Part shown: piece after piece, positions 28,642 to 38,754 of the stretch
Position numbering within the stretch: the first letter of the stretch is position 1
Layout of the letters: every line of letters starts with the position of its first letter
Assembly: GCA_963775895.1 (NCBI GenBank)
Contig: CAVZKL010000015.1
Coordinates: 1 to 52,193 of the forward strand
DNA length: 52,193 bases
Direction: 5' to 3'
Origin: Candidatus Bathyarchaeota archaeon
Lineage (GTDB): Archaea > Thermoproteota > Bathyarchaeia > Bathyarchaeales > Bathycorpusculaceae
Notes under the pieces: model-generated
Database searches by the model: none
Told to the model about the DNA's origin: nothing
What the model saw: the letters and a program-made list of their open reading frames with translations, nothing else
Translations under genes and position numbers: made by a program

Positions 28642-29919
28642 TTAGATTTTTCCAGCGGCTTTGAGTTTGTCGAGCAGTTCTTTGGCTCTGTCGACGCGGA
28701 CTTTACGTTCTTCGACCATTTTGGCGGCGACGATGTCGATTTGTTCGCCAACGGCGCCTGCAGTGACTGCAATGTTTCTTGCGTGGAGAGACATGTGCCC
28801 GCGCTGTATTCCTTCGTTTGCGAGCGCACGTAGGGCTCCGAGGTTCTGGGCAAGTCCGACGGCTGCGAGGACTTCACCGAACTCGTTGGCGGTTTTCACG
28901 CCGAGAATTTTCACGGCTATCTTGGCTATCGGATGCGTTTTCACTGCTCCGCCTATCAGTCCCACGGCCATTGGAAGTTCCATGGAGCCTTCGAGGTCGC
29001 CGTTCTGGTTTTTCTCCCAGGTTGACAGTGAAGTGTAATGTCCAGTTATCGCTGCGTAGGCGTGGGCTCCCGCTTCGATGGCTCTGTGGTCGTTGCCCGT
29101 GGCAATTATGACGGCTATTATTCCGTTCATGATGCCTTTGTTGTGTGTTGCCGCTCGGTACGGGTCGGCTGAGGCGAAGGCGTAGGCGTTAACGATGCCA
29201 TCGACCGTTTCTTCTCCACCGACTGATTGTTTGGGTACTAGACATGATACACGGACTAACCGTTTTACTGCGAGGTTGGAGATTATGCGGAGGTAAACGT
29301 GGCCGCCTGTTATTCTTTCTATTAGTGGAGCTACGGCTTCTGCCATCGTGTTGACCGCGTTGGCTCCCATCGCGTCTCGACAGTCGACGTGAAGTTCGGT
29401 TATGAGCATTGGTCCTTGGGTTGTGTGGATGACTCTGGCGTCTAGGTCTCGTGCTCCTCCGCCTGCGTTGACCAAGACAGGGTCTTGGTCGTTTGCTTTC
29501 TTGAGGATTTCCTCTTTTGCGTGTATCACGCTCATCCTTGCAGCGTAAGGATCTTTAATTCCCACGGCTTGAATCTGTCCTATCATTATCGGCGGGGTGC
29601 TGCTGGTGTGGAAGCCGCCGCCGTCGCGGACCATTTTCGCAGCATAACTTGCCGCTGCGATCACCGATGGCTCTTCAATAGCCATGGGGATGATGTAGTC
29701 GCGGCCGTTGATGAGGAAGTTCACTCCCATGCCCATGGGGATCGGGAAAGCGCCGATGACGTTCTCAATCATTCGGTCGGCCAGTTCGAGCGGCAAAGCG
29801 CCCGTGTTTTGAAGCAGGTTTGCTTCTTCGTCTGTTAGTCCGGCGATTTCTTTTACGAGGGCCAGACGTTGCTTTGGGGTTAGTTTGTAGAAGCCTGAGA
29901 GTTGGGATGATTTTGGCAT
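28642..29919 (-). CDS. mvaA: HMG-CoA reductase, class II (bacterial type)
   Basis: ENVIG, EEPSVIAA, DAMGAN, RIISNL, THNKGIMNG, GNDHRAIEAG, GIQRGHMSLH. Confidence 0.95.
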   Translation of the reverse strand: MPKSSQLSGFYKLTPKQRLALVKEIAGLTDEEANLLQNTGALPLELADRMIENVIGAFPIPMGMGVNFLINGRDYIIPMAIEEPSVIAAASYAAKMVRDGGGFHTSSTPPIMIGQIQAVGIKDPYAARMSVIHAKEEILKKANDQDPVLVNAGGGARDLDARVIHTTQGPMLITELHVDCRDAMGANAVNTMAEAVAPLIERITGGHVYLRIISNLAVKRLVRVSCLVPKQSVGGEETVDGIVNAYAFASADPYRAATHNKGIMNGIIAVIIATGNDHRAIEAGAHAYAAITGHYTSLSTWEKNQNGDLEGSMELPMAVGLIGGAVKTHPIAKIAVKILGVKTANEFGEVLAAVGLAQNLGALRALANEGIQRGHMSLHARNIAVTAGAVGEQIDIVAAKMVEERKVRVDRAKELLDKLKAAGKI

Positions 29920-30068
29920 ATGCTTCTTCTCCTTTTTGACGATTCAAGAGATTTCTAGGCAGGGCCTTTTAACCTTTGGGCGAAACCGAGGTGTAAGAGA
30001 GCGCGAACCATGCGAGGAAGTGTGCACATCTTGGAGTTTGCCATAATTGGGTTGATGATAACTGGTGC

Positions 30069-31103
30069 TCAGATTTTCTGATCTTGGATCGAGAGGTGTT
30101 CGTACTCTTTAGTGAAGGATTCTCGCATCTTGATTTTCCGTTCTTGTGCAAGGAAAGAGGAATCGATGGCGTTGAGGCTCAGTTTGAAAAGCTGCGGGAT
30201 CGTGAATTTGAGCTTTCTGTGAAGTTGAAGGTACTCGTTGTTCATGTCTGTGTCGAACATGGAGGGGTCATCACTGTTCACCGTCACGTTAATGCCTCGG
30301 TTGAAGAAGGTTCTGACAGGATGGTTTTTCAGATCCGAGACGACTCCTGTTCTTACGTTGCTCATCGGGCATGTCTCTATCGTGATGCCTTGTTTGAAAA
30401 CGTGATCCATCAGTGTTGGGTCTTTGGCTGCGGCTAATCCGTGGCCCACGTGTTCAACGTTCAAGGCTTCTATTGCGTCCCATACGCTCTGAGCACCTGC
30501 GGCTTCTCCTGCGTGGGCAGTCAGATGAAGTCCCAAGCGTTTTGCGCGTTGGTAGACGGTTGCGAAGGGCTTAGGCGGGAATTTTTCCTCGTTTCCTCCT
30601 ATGTCGATGGAGACTATGTTGTCGTTCTTGCTTTCTATCCAGTCGAGCGTTTTCATTCCAGCGTCGGGCCCGTAGTTTCTCACGAGGTCTATTCTGAGGT
30701 TGCATTCAACTCCAAACTCGCGATGGGCACGGTTTACCCCTCTGTTGATGGCGTCGAGCATTTTGCCGTAGTCGAGTCCTCTCCTAACGTGATCTGGGGC
30801 TGAGAAGCTTGCTTCGACGTAGCGGACATTGCAGCGTGCCTCGTTTTCGAGCATCTCGTAAGTGATTCGTTCAAATTGCGCTTCGTCCGTTATCCAGTCG
30901 ACCACCATCGGTGTAGATGGCGATGAAATGAGCGAAGTCGCGATATTGAAAGAACTGGCGGATTTCCTCTGTTGAGTTGAAAGATTGTCCCCGCATCGTT
31001 TTTCTCTGCGAGCCATAGCAACGTCTCGGGCGTTGTTGAGCGGACCAGGTGTATGTGCTGTTCAACTTTTGGGAGGGCCTCTTATCAGTCTTTCAACTTC
31101 CAC
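30069..31103 (-). CDS. add: Adenosine deaminase (several frameshifts in the 5' ~200 nt)
   Basis: Reconstructed N-terminus MEVERLIR(A)LPKVEQHIHL...PETLLWLA...FQYRDFAHF; intact core TAHAGE, GHG, CPMSN, NSDDP. Confidence 0.88.
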
Positions 31104-31367
31104 AGACGACGCCAAGAACAATGTATCGGCTTTGTTCGAATATAAAAGAAGCCTCTTGAGGGTCGTGTGACGCGAGGTTGTTGGTTTTAGATGTGGAGCA
31201 ACATGTGTCGTTGCTGGTGCACTGAAGTTGTATGTTGATTCGCCAGCAAACTGGCGTGCGTCTTTGTCCATCTGAAGGAAACCTGACGCTTAAGTAGGAA
31301 TAACTCGTGCAATCAAAATCGATGTTTGGTTCACAAAAAAAAGTGAGATGTTTGGCGCGTGGGCGCT

Positions 31368-31952
31368 TTAGCTGTGTGGCTGTATGTTGAACGGAAGTAC
31401 TGCGTATGCCCGCGTGCCTGTTGCGTTGGTTGCTTCGTAGCCTATCATGACGTTGATGCTGAAGTTTGCGTTGCTGAACACGTCGCTTTCAAGCACTGAA
31501 ATCGTGACATTGGCGCCTGAGGTTGCGAACGTGCCGTTGAACAGTGTGGCTCTGTCTATGACTTCGTTGCCTACGCTCCAATCTTTGGGCAATAGGATCC
31601 TAACTTCACTTGAGTTTGTTTCTAGGATTAGCATGCCTTTGAACTCTGAGGCTATTGTTCCCTGAACCGTCGAGATCGTGGCGTTTTGAAGGAAATGGTA
31701 GATCAATTTGAGACCATTGCCCGGCATTTTGCCCATGCGTTTGAGCTGGCCAGCTGGTACGTTAGTATAGTTAGACATGAGATAGTTCTGAATGAAGGGT
31801 TCTGTGCCCTGCGTGCCCGTCTGTTGTTGATCACCGCTTGTATTGTAGCCATTGCGTGAGCATGCGTACACGTAGACGACGGCGCTCAAAGCCAGTAGAA
31901 CTGTTGCAGTGACCGCGGCTATCCTGAGACTTTTCTTCATGTTCTCGTTCAT
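31368..31952 (-). CDS. Secreted or membrane-anchored hypothetical glycoprotein
   Basis: KK..R plus hydrophobic signal/anchor; Asn/Thr-rich with about 8 sequons; start uncertain (31940-31973). Confidence 0.7.
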   Translation of the reverse strand: MNENMKKSLRIAAVTATVLLALSAVVYVYACSRNGYNTSGDQQQTGTQGTEPFIQNYLMSNYTNVPAGQLKRMGKMPGNGLKLIYHFLQNATISTVQGTIASEFKGMLILETNSSEVRILLPKDWSVGNEVIDRATLFNGTFATSGANVTISVLESDVFSNANFSINVMIGYEATNATGTRAYAVLPFNIQPHS

Positions 31953-32137
31953 GTTTTCATTTTCCTCTAACAATCCGCAGTCTGTCCCGAGCTTATAAAC
32001 CGTGAGTATGATTCGTCTATGGTTCTTTAGGAAGTTCTTTCTGCAGCTCGGAAGAAAATCTTTGAACCCTCGACCTTTCGAAGCGTCCTATGTTCTTATA
32101 GGTGCAAACCAGTCTCCTACCTACGTGGTGTTGAGAA

Positions 32138-33110
32138 TTGGCAGGGCTTCTTGATCCCCTTGAAGTGAAGGGACTGACTCTTAGGAATCGTATAGTTATG
32201 CCTCCTATGCAGACGGGTCGGGCAACCGTTGACGGCGCTGTCACAGATAGGCTAATCGGTTTTTACACAAGACGTTCAGCGGCCCTGGGTTTGTTGATTG
32301 TCGAGCACTGCTACGTTTCTCCGAGGGGAAGGTTGAGCTTCAAACAACTGGGGATCCACGATGACGAGTTGATCAGCGGGTTGAAGAGGCTTGCAGACCG
32401 CGTTCACGGATTCGAAACTCCGGTTGTCGTTCAGATTTCTCATGCCGGCGGGGTTGCGAATGAGCGGGTCATCGGGACGGAGCCTGCTGGCCCTTCGGCG
32501 ACTAACACTGCTCGTGAACTGACGAGGAGCGAGATTGAGAGTCTGGTTGAAGAATTTGCCGTGGCCGCTGAGCGTGCGGTTAGGGCCGGCTTTGACGGGG
32601 TCGAGCTTCATGGGGCGCACGGGTTCCTGCTCAATCAGTTTTTTTCGCCTTTGCTTAACAAGCGTGGAGACGAGTACGGTGGTTCTTTGGAGAACAGGAT
32701 GCGTTTTCCTCTCATGGTCGTTAGGAAGGTTCGAGAGAGTGTCGGGAGTAAGCTTCTGCTCTACCGGTTAGGCGCGGACGATTTGGACCCGAATGGGACA
32801 CGGATAGAGCATGCGGTTGCGTTTGCTTCGAAACTTGAGCAGTGTGGGGTTGACGTTGTTGACGTGTCGGGCGGCTTATGTGGGAGCGAGCCTAAGCGGC
32901 TTCGAAAGAGTCAAGGGCTATTTTGTTCCTCAAGCTTATGAAATCAAGAAGACTGTTGGGGTTCCGGTTATCGGCGTGGGCGGGATAGACGAGGTCGGGT
33001 ATGCTGACAGGCTGGTTCGAGAGGGAAAGGTTGACTTGGTGGCTGTGGGCAGAGCGCTTTGGAAGGATTCGAAATGGGCTGAAAAGGCTGTTGAAGCGTT
33101 GAAAGTTTAA
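32138..33110 (+). CDS. NADH:flavin oxidoreductase (old yellow enzyme family; frameshift near 32907)
   Basis: LRNRIVMPPM, QISHAG, AGFDGVELHGAHGFLL, DEYGGSLENR; the second frame gives PVIGVGGI...DLVAVGRA. Confidence 0.92.
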
Positions 33111-33205
33111 CGAGGCTGCTGAGTGTTCAACGAGGTATGGAAACGATTGCGCTGTGGAAAGGTTTTTAATCCTGCGGGGTTGAAGAAGGAGCCTTAGGTG
33201 ATGTC

Positions 33206-33394
33206 ATGCCCGTGGTGATCGTTGAGATGTGGCAGGGGAGAACCGAGGAGCAGAAGGCGAAACTCATCAAGGGTGTAACAAAAGCGTTTGAGGATATCGG
33301 CGTTCCGGCTGATCGGTTGCACATCATAATACACGACGTACCAAAGTGCAACTGGGGAACGTGTGGGGAACCGGCTTCCAAGACAAACCCGTAA
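33206..33394 (+). CDS. 4-oxalocrotonate tautomerase family protein
   Basis: Catalytic Pro-1 (MPVVIV), GRTEEQK, NWG; 62 aa; GGTGA SD. Confidence 0.93.
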   Translation: MPVVIVEMWQGRTEEQKAKLIKGVTKAFEDIGVPADRLHIIIHDVPKCNWGTCGEPASKTNP

Positions 33395-33499
33395 CACCAG
33401 AACTCGATTAGAATAGCAATGCTGGTTCCAGATGGTTTTTAGGTGAGAGTGGGCTCAAGTCACAATTCGTGGTGACGAACGATTTCTTCCTGAAGCTTG

Positions 33500-34324
33500 A
33501 TGAAGGTGATGGGCGTAGCGACCACGATTGGTGAAGAGTTCGACGGCATATCCGACATTTACGATTCTACGAGGCAGCCTGCTACAGAGCTGGAGCTGAA
33601 GGCAGTTTCAAGCGAACTCGGGAATTGCCGTATGATTCTCGACGTGGGGGTTGGGACGGGCAGGTTTGCGAAGCCTCTTTCGGATATGGGGTTTGAGATT
33701 GTGGGCATAGATGTGTCTCGCAAAATGATGTTACGGGCGAGGCAGAAGGGAGTAAAGAGCCTGATTCTGGCGGATGCACACAACATGCCCTTCACAGATG
33801 GGTCATTTGATGCTTCGATCATTATCCATGTTCTTCACCTGATTCCCGATTGGTTGAACGTCATGCGTGAGATGGGTCGCGTGACGAAGAGCAGGGTTGC
33901 AGCGTTGTTGAGGAACAGGCAGAGGGAGTGGAGCACGGCTTCCAACGCCTCGGGCCGGGCGTCAGCATCGTCTCCAGCGTTTCCGGAGTTATGGACGCGT
34001 TACGCACAGTTGAGGGAAGAGATGGGGTATCCTCTGAGGCGGAACAGAAGGATGTGGCAGAACGAGGAGGAGATTCGGTCAAAGTTGCCTCCGATGAGGC
34101 TTGTGAAGGTGAGCGACGAGGTTGTCTCGGTGAGCGTCAGTGACCTCGCAAAGAGGTTTCAACAGAGAACTCATCCGTCGACGCAAGACGTCCCTAGGGA
34201 TGTGAACGAAAAGATAGTTCAGCGACTCTTGACGGAGGCAACATCGGCTTTGGGGGAGAAGCCTCTGGAGAGACGGGTAGTTGAGGAACTTGCTGTCTGG
34301 CGGCCTGATCAGTTGCGGTGCTGA
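33500..34324 (+). CDS. Class I SAM-dependent methyltransferase
   Basis: YDSTR, ILDVGVGTGRF, GIDVSRKM, ADAHNMPFTDGSFD, HVLHL. Confidence 0.9.
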   Translation: MKVMGVATTIGEEFDGISDIYDSTRQPATELELKAVSSELGNCRMILDVGVGTGRFAKPLSDMGFEIVGIDVSRKMMLRARQKGVKSLILADAHNMPFTDGSFDASIIIHVLHLIPDWLNVMREMGRVTKSRVAALLRNRQREWSTASNASGRASASSPAFPELWTRYAQLREEMGYPLRRNRRMWQNEEEIRSKLPPMRLVKVSDEVVSVSVSDLAKRFQQRTHPSTQDVPRDVNEKIVQRLLTEATSALGEKPLERRVVEELAVWRPDQLRC

Positions 34325-34365
34325 CCTTCAGGCTTCTGGCCCATCCGCTGCGCGCGCTTGCAAGC

Positions 34366-34902
34366 CTATTTCTTCTCACGCTTTTGCATTGCTAATAAAT
34401 GGTTGGCAAGAGTCGAGAAGGTTAAATGGCGATAGTGAATCTTGTCATCAAGGTTGACGAGGAAACTTTCCGTTTTGGACGTTTCCATGTAGGGGTTCTT
34501 TTTGACTTCATTCATGAGTTTTGTGTACGATGTGTAGTCTTTGTGAAATGACGCCATGAATGAGTCGTAACCCAATCCGATCCCTCTTTCTATCAGAACC
34601 ACGTTGGGGGGTACCGATGGAGCCTGTTTCATTGCCCAGCTTCTTGCTTCTTCCATTTCTTTCGCACTGATGCCCAGCTTCCAGGTGAAGAAGGTCAGTG
34701 CAAACAGGTGGTAGCCTATCTTGTTGAAGTCAGGGACGACCGTGAACTCGTTGACGTAACCTTCTTTTTCGAGTTTTCTTCTGGTTCTGGTGATGGTTGG
34801 TTGAGAGCTTCCGATCGCTCTTGCGACTTCTCTGTCGCTTCTGCGACTGTTCTTCATCAACTCGGCCAATATTCTGAGTTCAATGTCTTTCAAAGAAACC
34901 AC
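34366..34902 (-). CDS. Lrp/AsnC-family transcriptional regulator
   Basis: ELMKNSRRSDREVARAIGSSQPTITRTRRKLEKEG HTH, then PDFNKIGY. Confidence 0.88.
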   Translation of the reverse strand: MVSLKDIELRILAELMKNSRRSDREVARAIGSSQPTITRTRRKLEKEGYVNEFTVVPDFNKIGYHLFALTFFTWKLGISAKEMEEARSWAMKQAPSVPPNVVLIERGIGLGYDSFMASFHKDYTSYTKLMNEVKKNPYMETSKTESFLVNLDDKIHYRHLTFSTLANHLLAMQKREKK

Positions 34903-35002
34903 TAGTCTTCTTGCTTTGCTGGATTCCGTTATATAAGATGTATGTATCCTATTTTGGGAACCAGGGAAGCAATTATTCTCTAACCGGTCTTCATTTTTTG
35001 GG

Positions 35003-35335
35003 TTAGGACAATTGTTTGTGGAGTTCTAGGAAGAAAAGTTCAATCCGTTTTCTTGTTTGTCCAAAGTAAACTAGCGCCGTTACTGTGGTGACTGGCGTTT
35101 CTGCCCCGACTGAAATTCTCGTGATGTTCTTGTCCACAGGCGCGGCGTCAATCAGTAGTGTTGTGCCGTATCCCATGAGGCTCGTCTTGGTCTTCGCCTT
35201 GACGCGATGGGCTGCGTCGTCGATGTGCTCCACGTTCCATCCGAGACTGGTGACTGCCTTAGGAATGGCAGCCCACACTTTATCCATCGGGTAGGCGAGT
35301 TCTAACGTGTCTGCTTCTCTTCTCACGTAAGCCAT
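35003..35335 (-). CDS. Hypothetical small alpha/beta protein
   Basis: Likely start MAYVRRE at 35335; plausible composition; no family recognised with certainty. Confidence 0.7.
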   Translation of the reverse strand: MAYVRREADTLELAYPMDKVWAAIPKAVTSLGWNVEHIDDAAHRVKAKTKTSLMGYGTTLLIDAAPVDKNITRISVGAETPVTTVTALVYFGQTRKRIELFFLELHKQLS

Positions 35336-35476
35336 GTTCTTCAACTTGGGGTTTCGTCTACTTAAGCTATTCATTTCTGTATCATTGACATTCTTGGCGG
35401 TGCTTTGTGTTGTTTGATGCGGAAGTCAGCAAGACTTTTATACGTATATAGAAAGATAGATGTCGGAGGGATTTTT

Positions 35477-35941
35477 TTGAAAAATCAAACGGTGAAGGAG
35501 AAACCTACTGCAGCTTACATCCTTTCTTTGATCGGAGGAATTCTGGGCCTGATCGTGGGCTTTGCTTTTATGGTCTTCTCCGCGATCTTTGCTGGCTACG
35601 CCACCCCTGGAGTCGCGTTTTCCGTCATAATTGCAATTTACATGGGAATTGGGATCTGGTGTGTCGTTTGCAGTGCAATCGTGATCTTTGCGGCTACAAG
35701 GTTGAACGAGGAACCTTGGGAACACGTGAAATGGGGCATTGTCATACTTGTTTTTTCAATCGTCGGGTTGGGTTCACTGCTCGGCTTGATCGGAGGCATT
35801 CTGGCGTTGGTTTATAGGCCTGAGTCGACTGTTCCTCCGCCGCCGTCTGTGCAAGCTGTGACTAGAATCTGTCCGAAGTGCGGAAGAGTGTTGAAGGAAG
35901 ACATGAAGTTTTGTCCTTACTGCGGCAACGAGTTAGGATAG
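35477..35941 (+). CDS. 3-TM membrane protein with C-terminal zinc ribbon
   Basis: TTG start after GGAGGG; KPTAAYILSLIGG; CPKCG...FCPYCG. Confidence 0.85.
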   Translation: MKNQTVKEKPTAAYILSLIGGILGLIVGFAFMVFSAIFAGYATPGVAFSVIIAIYMGIGIWCVVCSAIVIFAATRLNEEPWEHVKWGIVILVFSIVGLGSLLGLIGGILALVYRPESTVPPPPSVQAVTRICPKCGRVLKEDMKFCPYCGNELG

Positions 35942-36096
35942 CAGATGATGTGCGCTGTTGACGCTTAATCCTGCAGTTTTTGCGGATGGCAGACCGAGAA
36001 ACGGAAAAAATAGGTTGATCCGTAAGGGTAGCAACATTCGATCTGTTTGGCTCTCTGGAAAACCCAGGGAACCCTCCCTATAATTTAGCGTCTGCT

Positions 36097-37107
36097 TCAG
36101 AACAGGTGGTTTTTGGGCAGGGCGACCGCGCTGATTCCTAGGTGTTTGCGGATTTCTTTCGCGAGGGTTTCGCCGTAACGCACACGGCTGTTGTCGGTTA
36201 TCACGAGTTTGGGTTTTGATTGTCTCACGTATTCGAGCAGCCCGTCGAAGTCTGAGTGGTCGCTCAGCGCTGCGAGATATTCCTTTTCGCCCGTTTGGCG
36301 TATGGCGCTGTAGAATTCCCATCCGCTGACGGTGATGCGGAAGTTGTCCAGGCCGATTCTGTTTCTGCTCTGCATGTGATAGAAGCCTACGTACGGTGTG
36401 TGTTTTTCGTGCAGTTCGAAGGCTTCGAGTTCGTTTGAGAGCACGAGTTTGCCCAGGCGCATGCCGTGTTTTTCGCATACGCGGCTTATGTGGAAGACGT
36501 TTTCGGGGACGATGAAGGGTACGTTGATGTCTGCGTTGTTGAGGATTTGCATGATTTCCTGTATTTTGCCGTGGTATCCAAAGACGTAGACTGGGCCCTG
36601 TTTGAGGGCTTTTTCCACCAGCGATACGAGCATGTTCTTCGCGTCTTTGTGGAATCGGCGTCGGCAGTGGGGGCTTCCGTACGTGGCTTCGATGACGAGT
36701 ATGTCTGAGTCTAGCACGGGGGTTTCGTCGATTCTGAAGTCGCCCGTGAAGACGATGCGTTTGTTTTCTGCGTCTTCAACCATGACCTGAGCTGCGCCCA
36801 GGATGTGGTCTGCTTTGTGCAGTGTGACGCTTTCATCTTCGTAGCTTATTGTTTGACCGTAGTCTAGGGCTTGTACGCGTCCGCGCTTGAGGTATGAAGG
36901 TCCTTGCATGGCGTCGATGAGGTCTCTCGTGGCTTTGGTCATGATGACTTTTTTGCATTTTTTGAGGCTTTGCTGTAAGCCTTGCATGTGGTCTGCGTGG
37001 GCGTGAGTGACGGCGCGCAGGGGGCGGTTTGCTTCGTAGGCGTCGCAGGCTAGGTGTTTGCCGAGAAGTACGGCGCCGTTTTCGGTTATTGATGCTTTTT
37101 CCTGCAA
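36097..37107 (-). CDS. MBL-fold beta-CASP-type nuclease
   Basis: THAHADH, HILGA, FTGDFR, IEATYG, SDHSDF motifs. Confidence 0.88.
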   Translation of the reverse strand: MQEKASITENGAVLLGKHLACDAYEANRPLRAVTHAHADHMQGLQQSLKKCKKVIMTKATRDLIDAMQGPSYLKRGRVQALDYGQTISYEDESVTLHKADHILGAAQVMVEDAENKRIVFTGDFRIDETPVLDSDILVIEATYGSPHCRRRFHKDAKNMLVSLVEKALKQGPVYVFGYHGKIQEIMQILNNADINVPFIVPENVFHISRVCEKHGMRLGKLVLSNELEAFELHEKHTPYVGFYHMQSRNRIGLDNFRITVSGWEFYSAIRQTGEKEYLAALSDHSDFDGLLEYVRQSKPKLVITDNSRVRYGETLAKEIRKHLGISAVALPKNHLF

Positions 37108-37128
37108 GTTTTTTTCACTCTTTGCCGT

Positions 37129-37528
37129 CTATCCCATGCGTGTTAAATAATCGACCACTTCTCTGGGGTTTTCGGTGCGTATTTCCACTTTTATGGGTCC
37201 GAGAGGTGATTCGCCGGCTTCGTGTGAGAAGCTGACGTGTCCTGCGTAGGCGACCTGCTTGTTAAGGCAGAAATTGATTCTGTTTCTTTCCATTCCTGCC
37301 ATCAGTACGGTTCTTGCGGCCGCTCGGATGCGTTCGCGAGAGAGCAAGTTGTAGAATTTGGTTAGGGGTTGTTGGCTTGAAGCTGCTTGCTTGTAGCAGG
37401 CTTCCTTTGCGCAGAGGCTTGATTCGTGTGTTCATTGGGCCGAACATGTTTTCCACCGCTTCGCGCACTTTTTGTTCTGTTTCGGTTGGGTTGATTTCGG
37501 CTTCAACGTGGATGGTTACTTGGTCCAT
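37129..37528 (-). CDS. DUF54/UPF0201 putative RNA-binding protein (frameshift near 37385)
   Basis: EAEINPTETEQKVREAVENMF, then in the second frame RERIRAAAR...LNKQVAYAGHVSF...ESPLGPI. Confidence 0.85.
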
Positions 37529-38094
37529 TTTCGTTCTGCTCTTTCTAGAGTTTCTTTGATTTTCTGTTTGGTTTCTTGCCGTGTGCCTTCGTTTACGATG
37601 ATGGTTTCGGCCTTGGCGATTGCGTTGCCCAGACCGACGTTGAGTTCGCGTGTGTCCCTTTCGTGGAAGTCTTTCCAGTTTTTGGTGTCATCGCTTCTGC
37701 CGCGTTTGAAGAGGCGTTCGAAGCGTGTTTGGGGTGATGAGTGTACGGCTATGAGGGTGAATTTGGGGTAATGTCTTCTGAATTCTGCGACCTCGTCAGG
37801 GCTTCTTATTCCGTCTATTAGTATTCTTCTGTGGTGTGTTGCGATTATCTTTGGGAGGGCTCGGTTTGCGATTGCGGCTGGTCCTTCTTTCTCTCTCAGA
37901 TCCAGCATTACTTTGCCGACGTTTTCGGGTGTGAGTTCGAGGTTTCGGCGTTTGGTTTCTTCGCGGACTATGTCGCCCATCGTGATGATTTCGTATCCTT
38001 TTTCCCGTGCCATGGTGACGACTAAGGATTTGCCCGATCCTGGCATGCCTGCGACTGCGAATACGAGCTTTTCCGCTGCCAGTGTCTCCTTCAT
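37516..38094 (-). CDS. UPF0200 P-loop kinase (CoaE-like, function uncertain)
   Basis: AGMPGSGKS, MGDIVREE, IDGIRS, RGRSDD, RDTRELNVG; overlaps the DUF54 start. Confidence 0.88.
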   Translation of the reverse strand: MKETLAAEKLVFAVAGMPGSGKSLVVTMAREKGYEIITMGDIVREETKRRNLELTPENVGKVMLDLREKEGPAAIANRALPKIIATHHRRILIDGIRSPDEVAEFRRHYPKFTLIAVHSSPQTRFERLFKRGRSDDTKNWKDFHERDTRELNVGLGNAIAKAETIIVNEGTRQETKQKIKETLERAERKWTK

Positions 38095-38174
38095 CTGCTT
38101 TTGAAGACAGATAGTTTTTTAGAGTTAAAAAGTATTTATGAAATGAAACAGTCAAAACTAGTGAAGTGAGAGTT

Positions 38175-38741
38175 ATGGAATCGATCAGAAGTTTTCTTGC
38201 GTTCGATATTGACAGTGATTTCGTCAGGAAGAAACTCACGGATGTTCAGGCGTCGTTGGTTAAGACGGGTGCGGATTTGAAGCCGGTTGAGCCTGGCAAC
38301 ATTCATATCACGGTTCGTTTTTTGGGGAACGTTTCGCCCGAGACGGTTGAGAAGATCTTCCTGAGTATGGAGAAGTTGAATTTTACTCCGTTCGACGTGA
38401 AGATTCATGGTGTCGGCGCGTTTCCCGACGTGCGCTACCCAAGGGTCGTTTGGGCGGGGATCACTCAGGGAGCGAATGATTTACGTCAAATTTTCAGTCA
38501 GATGGAGCCGCACTTGCAGGCTTTGGGGTTTGCGCCGGACCCGAAGGGTTTCAGTCCCCACTTGACGATTGCACGGGTCAGAACTGGGAGGAACAAGGTG
38601 GAGCTTGCCAAGTACATCACGGACAACATGAATTTTGAGTTTGGCGTGGTAAGAGCGAAGTGTTTCCGGTTGAAGAAGAGTGAATTGACCCCCCGTGGAC
38701 CGATCTACTCGAATTTAAAGGAGTTCTGTCCTCAGGGCTGA
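38175..38741 (+). CDS. thpR: RNA 2',3'-cyclic phosphodiesterase (2H family)
   Basis: RSFLAFDI, two HxT motifs (HITVRFLG, PHLTIAR), SELTPRGPIY. Confidence 0.95.
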   Translation: MESIRSFLAFDIDSDFVRKKLTDVQASLVKTGADLKPVEPGNIHITVRFLGNVSPETVEKIFLSMEKLNFTPFDVKIHGVGAFPDVRYPRVVWAGITQGANDLRQIFSQMEPHLQALGFAPDPKGFSPHLTIARVRTGRNKVELAKYITDNMNFEFGVVRAKCFRLKKSELTPRGPIYSNLKEFCPQG

Positions 38742-38754
38742 GAGAGCGCGCATC

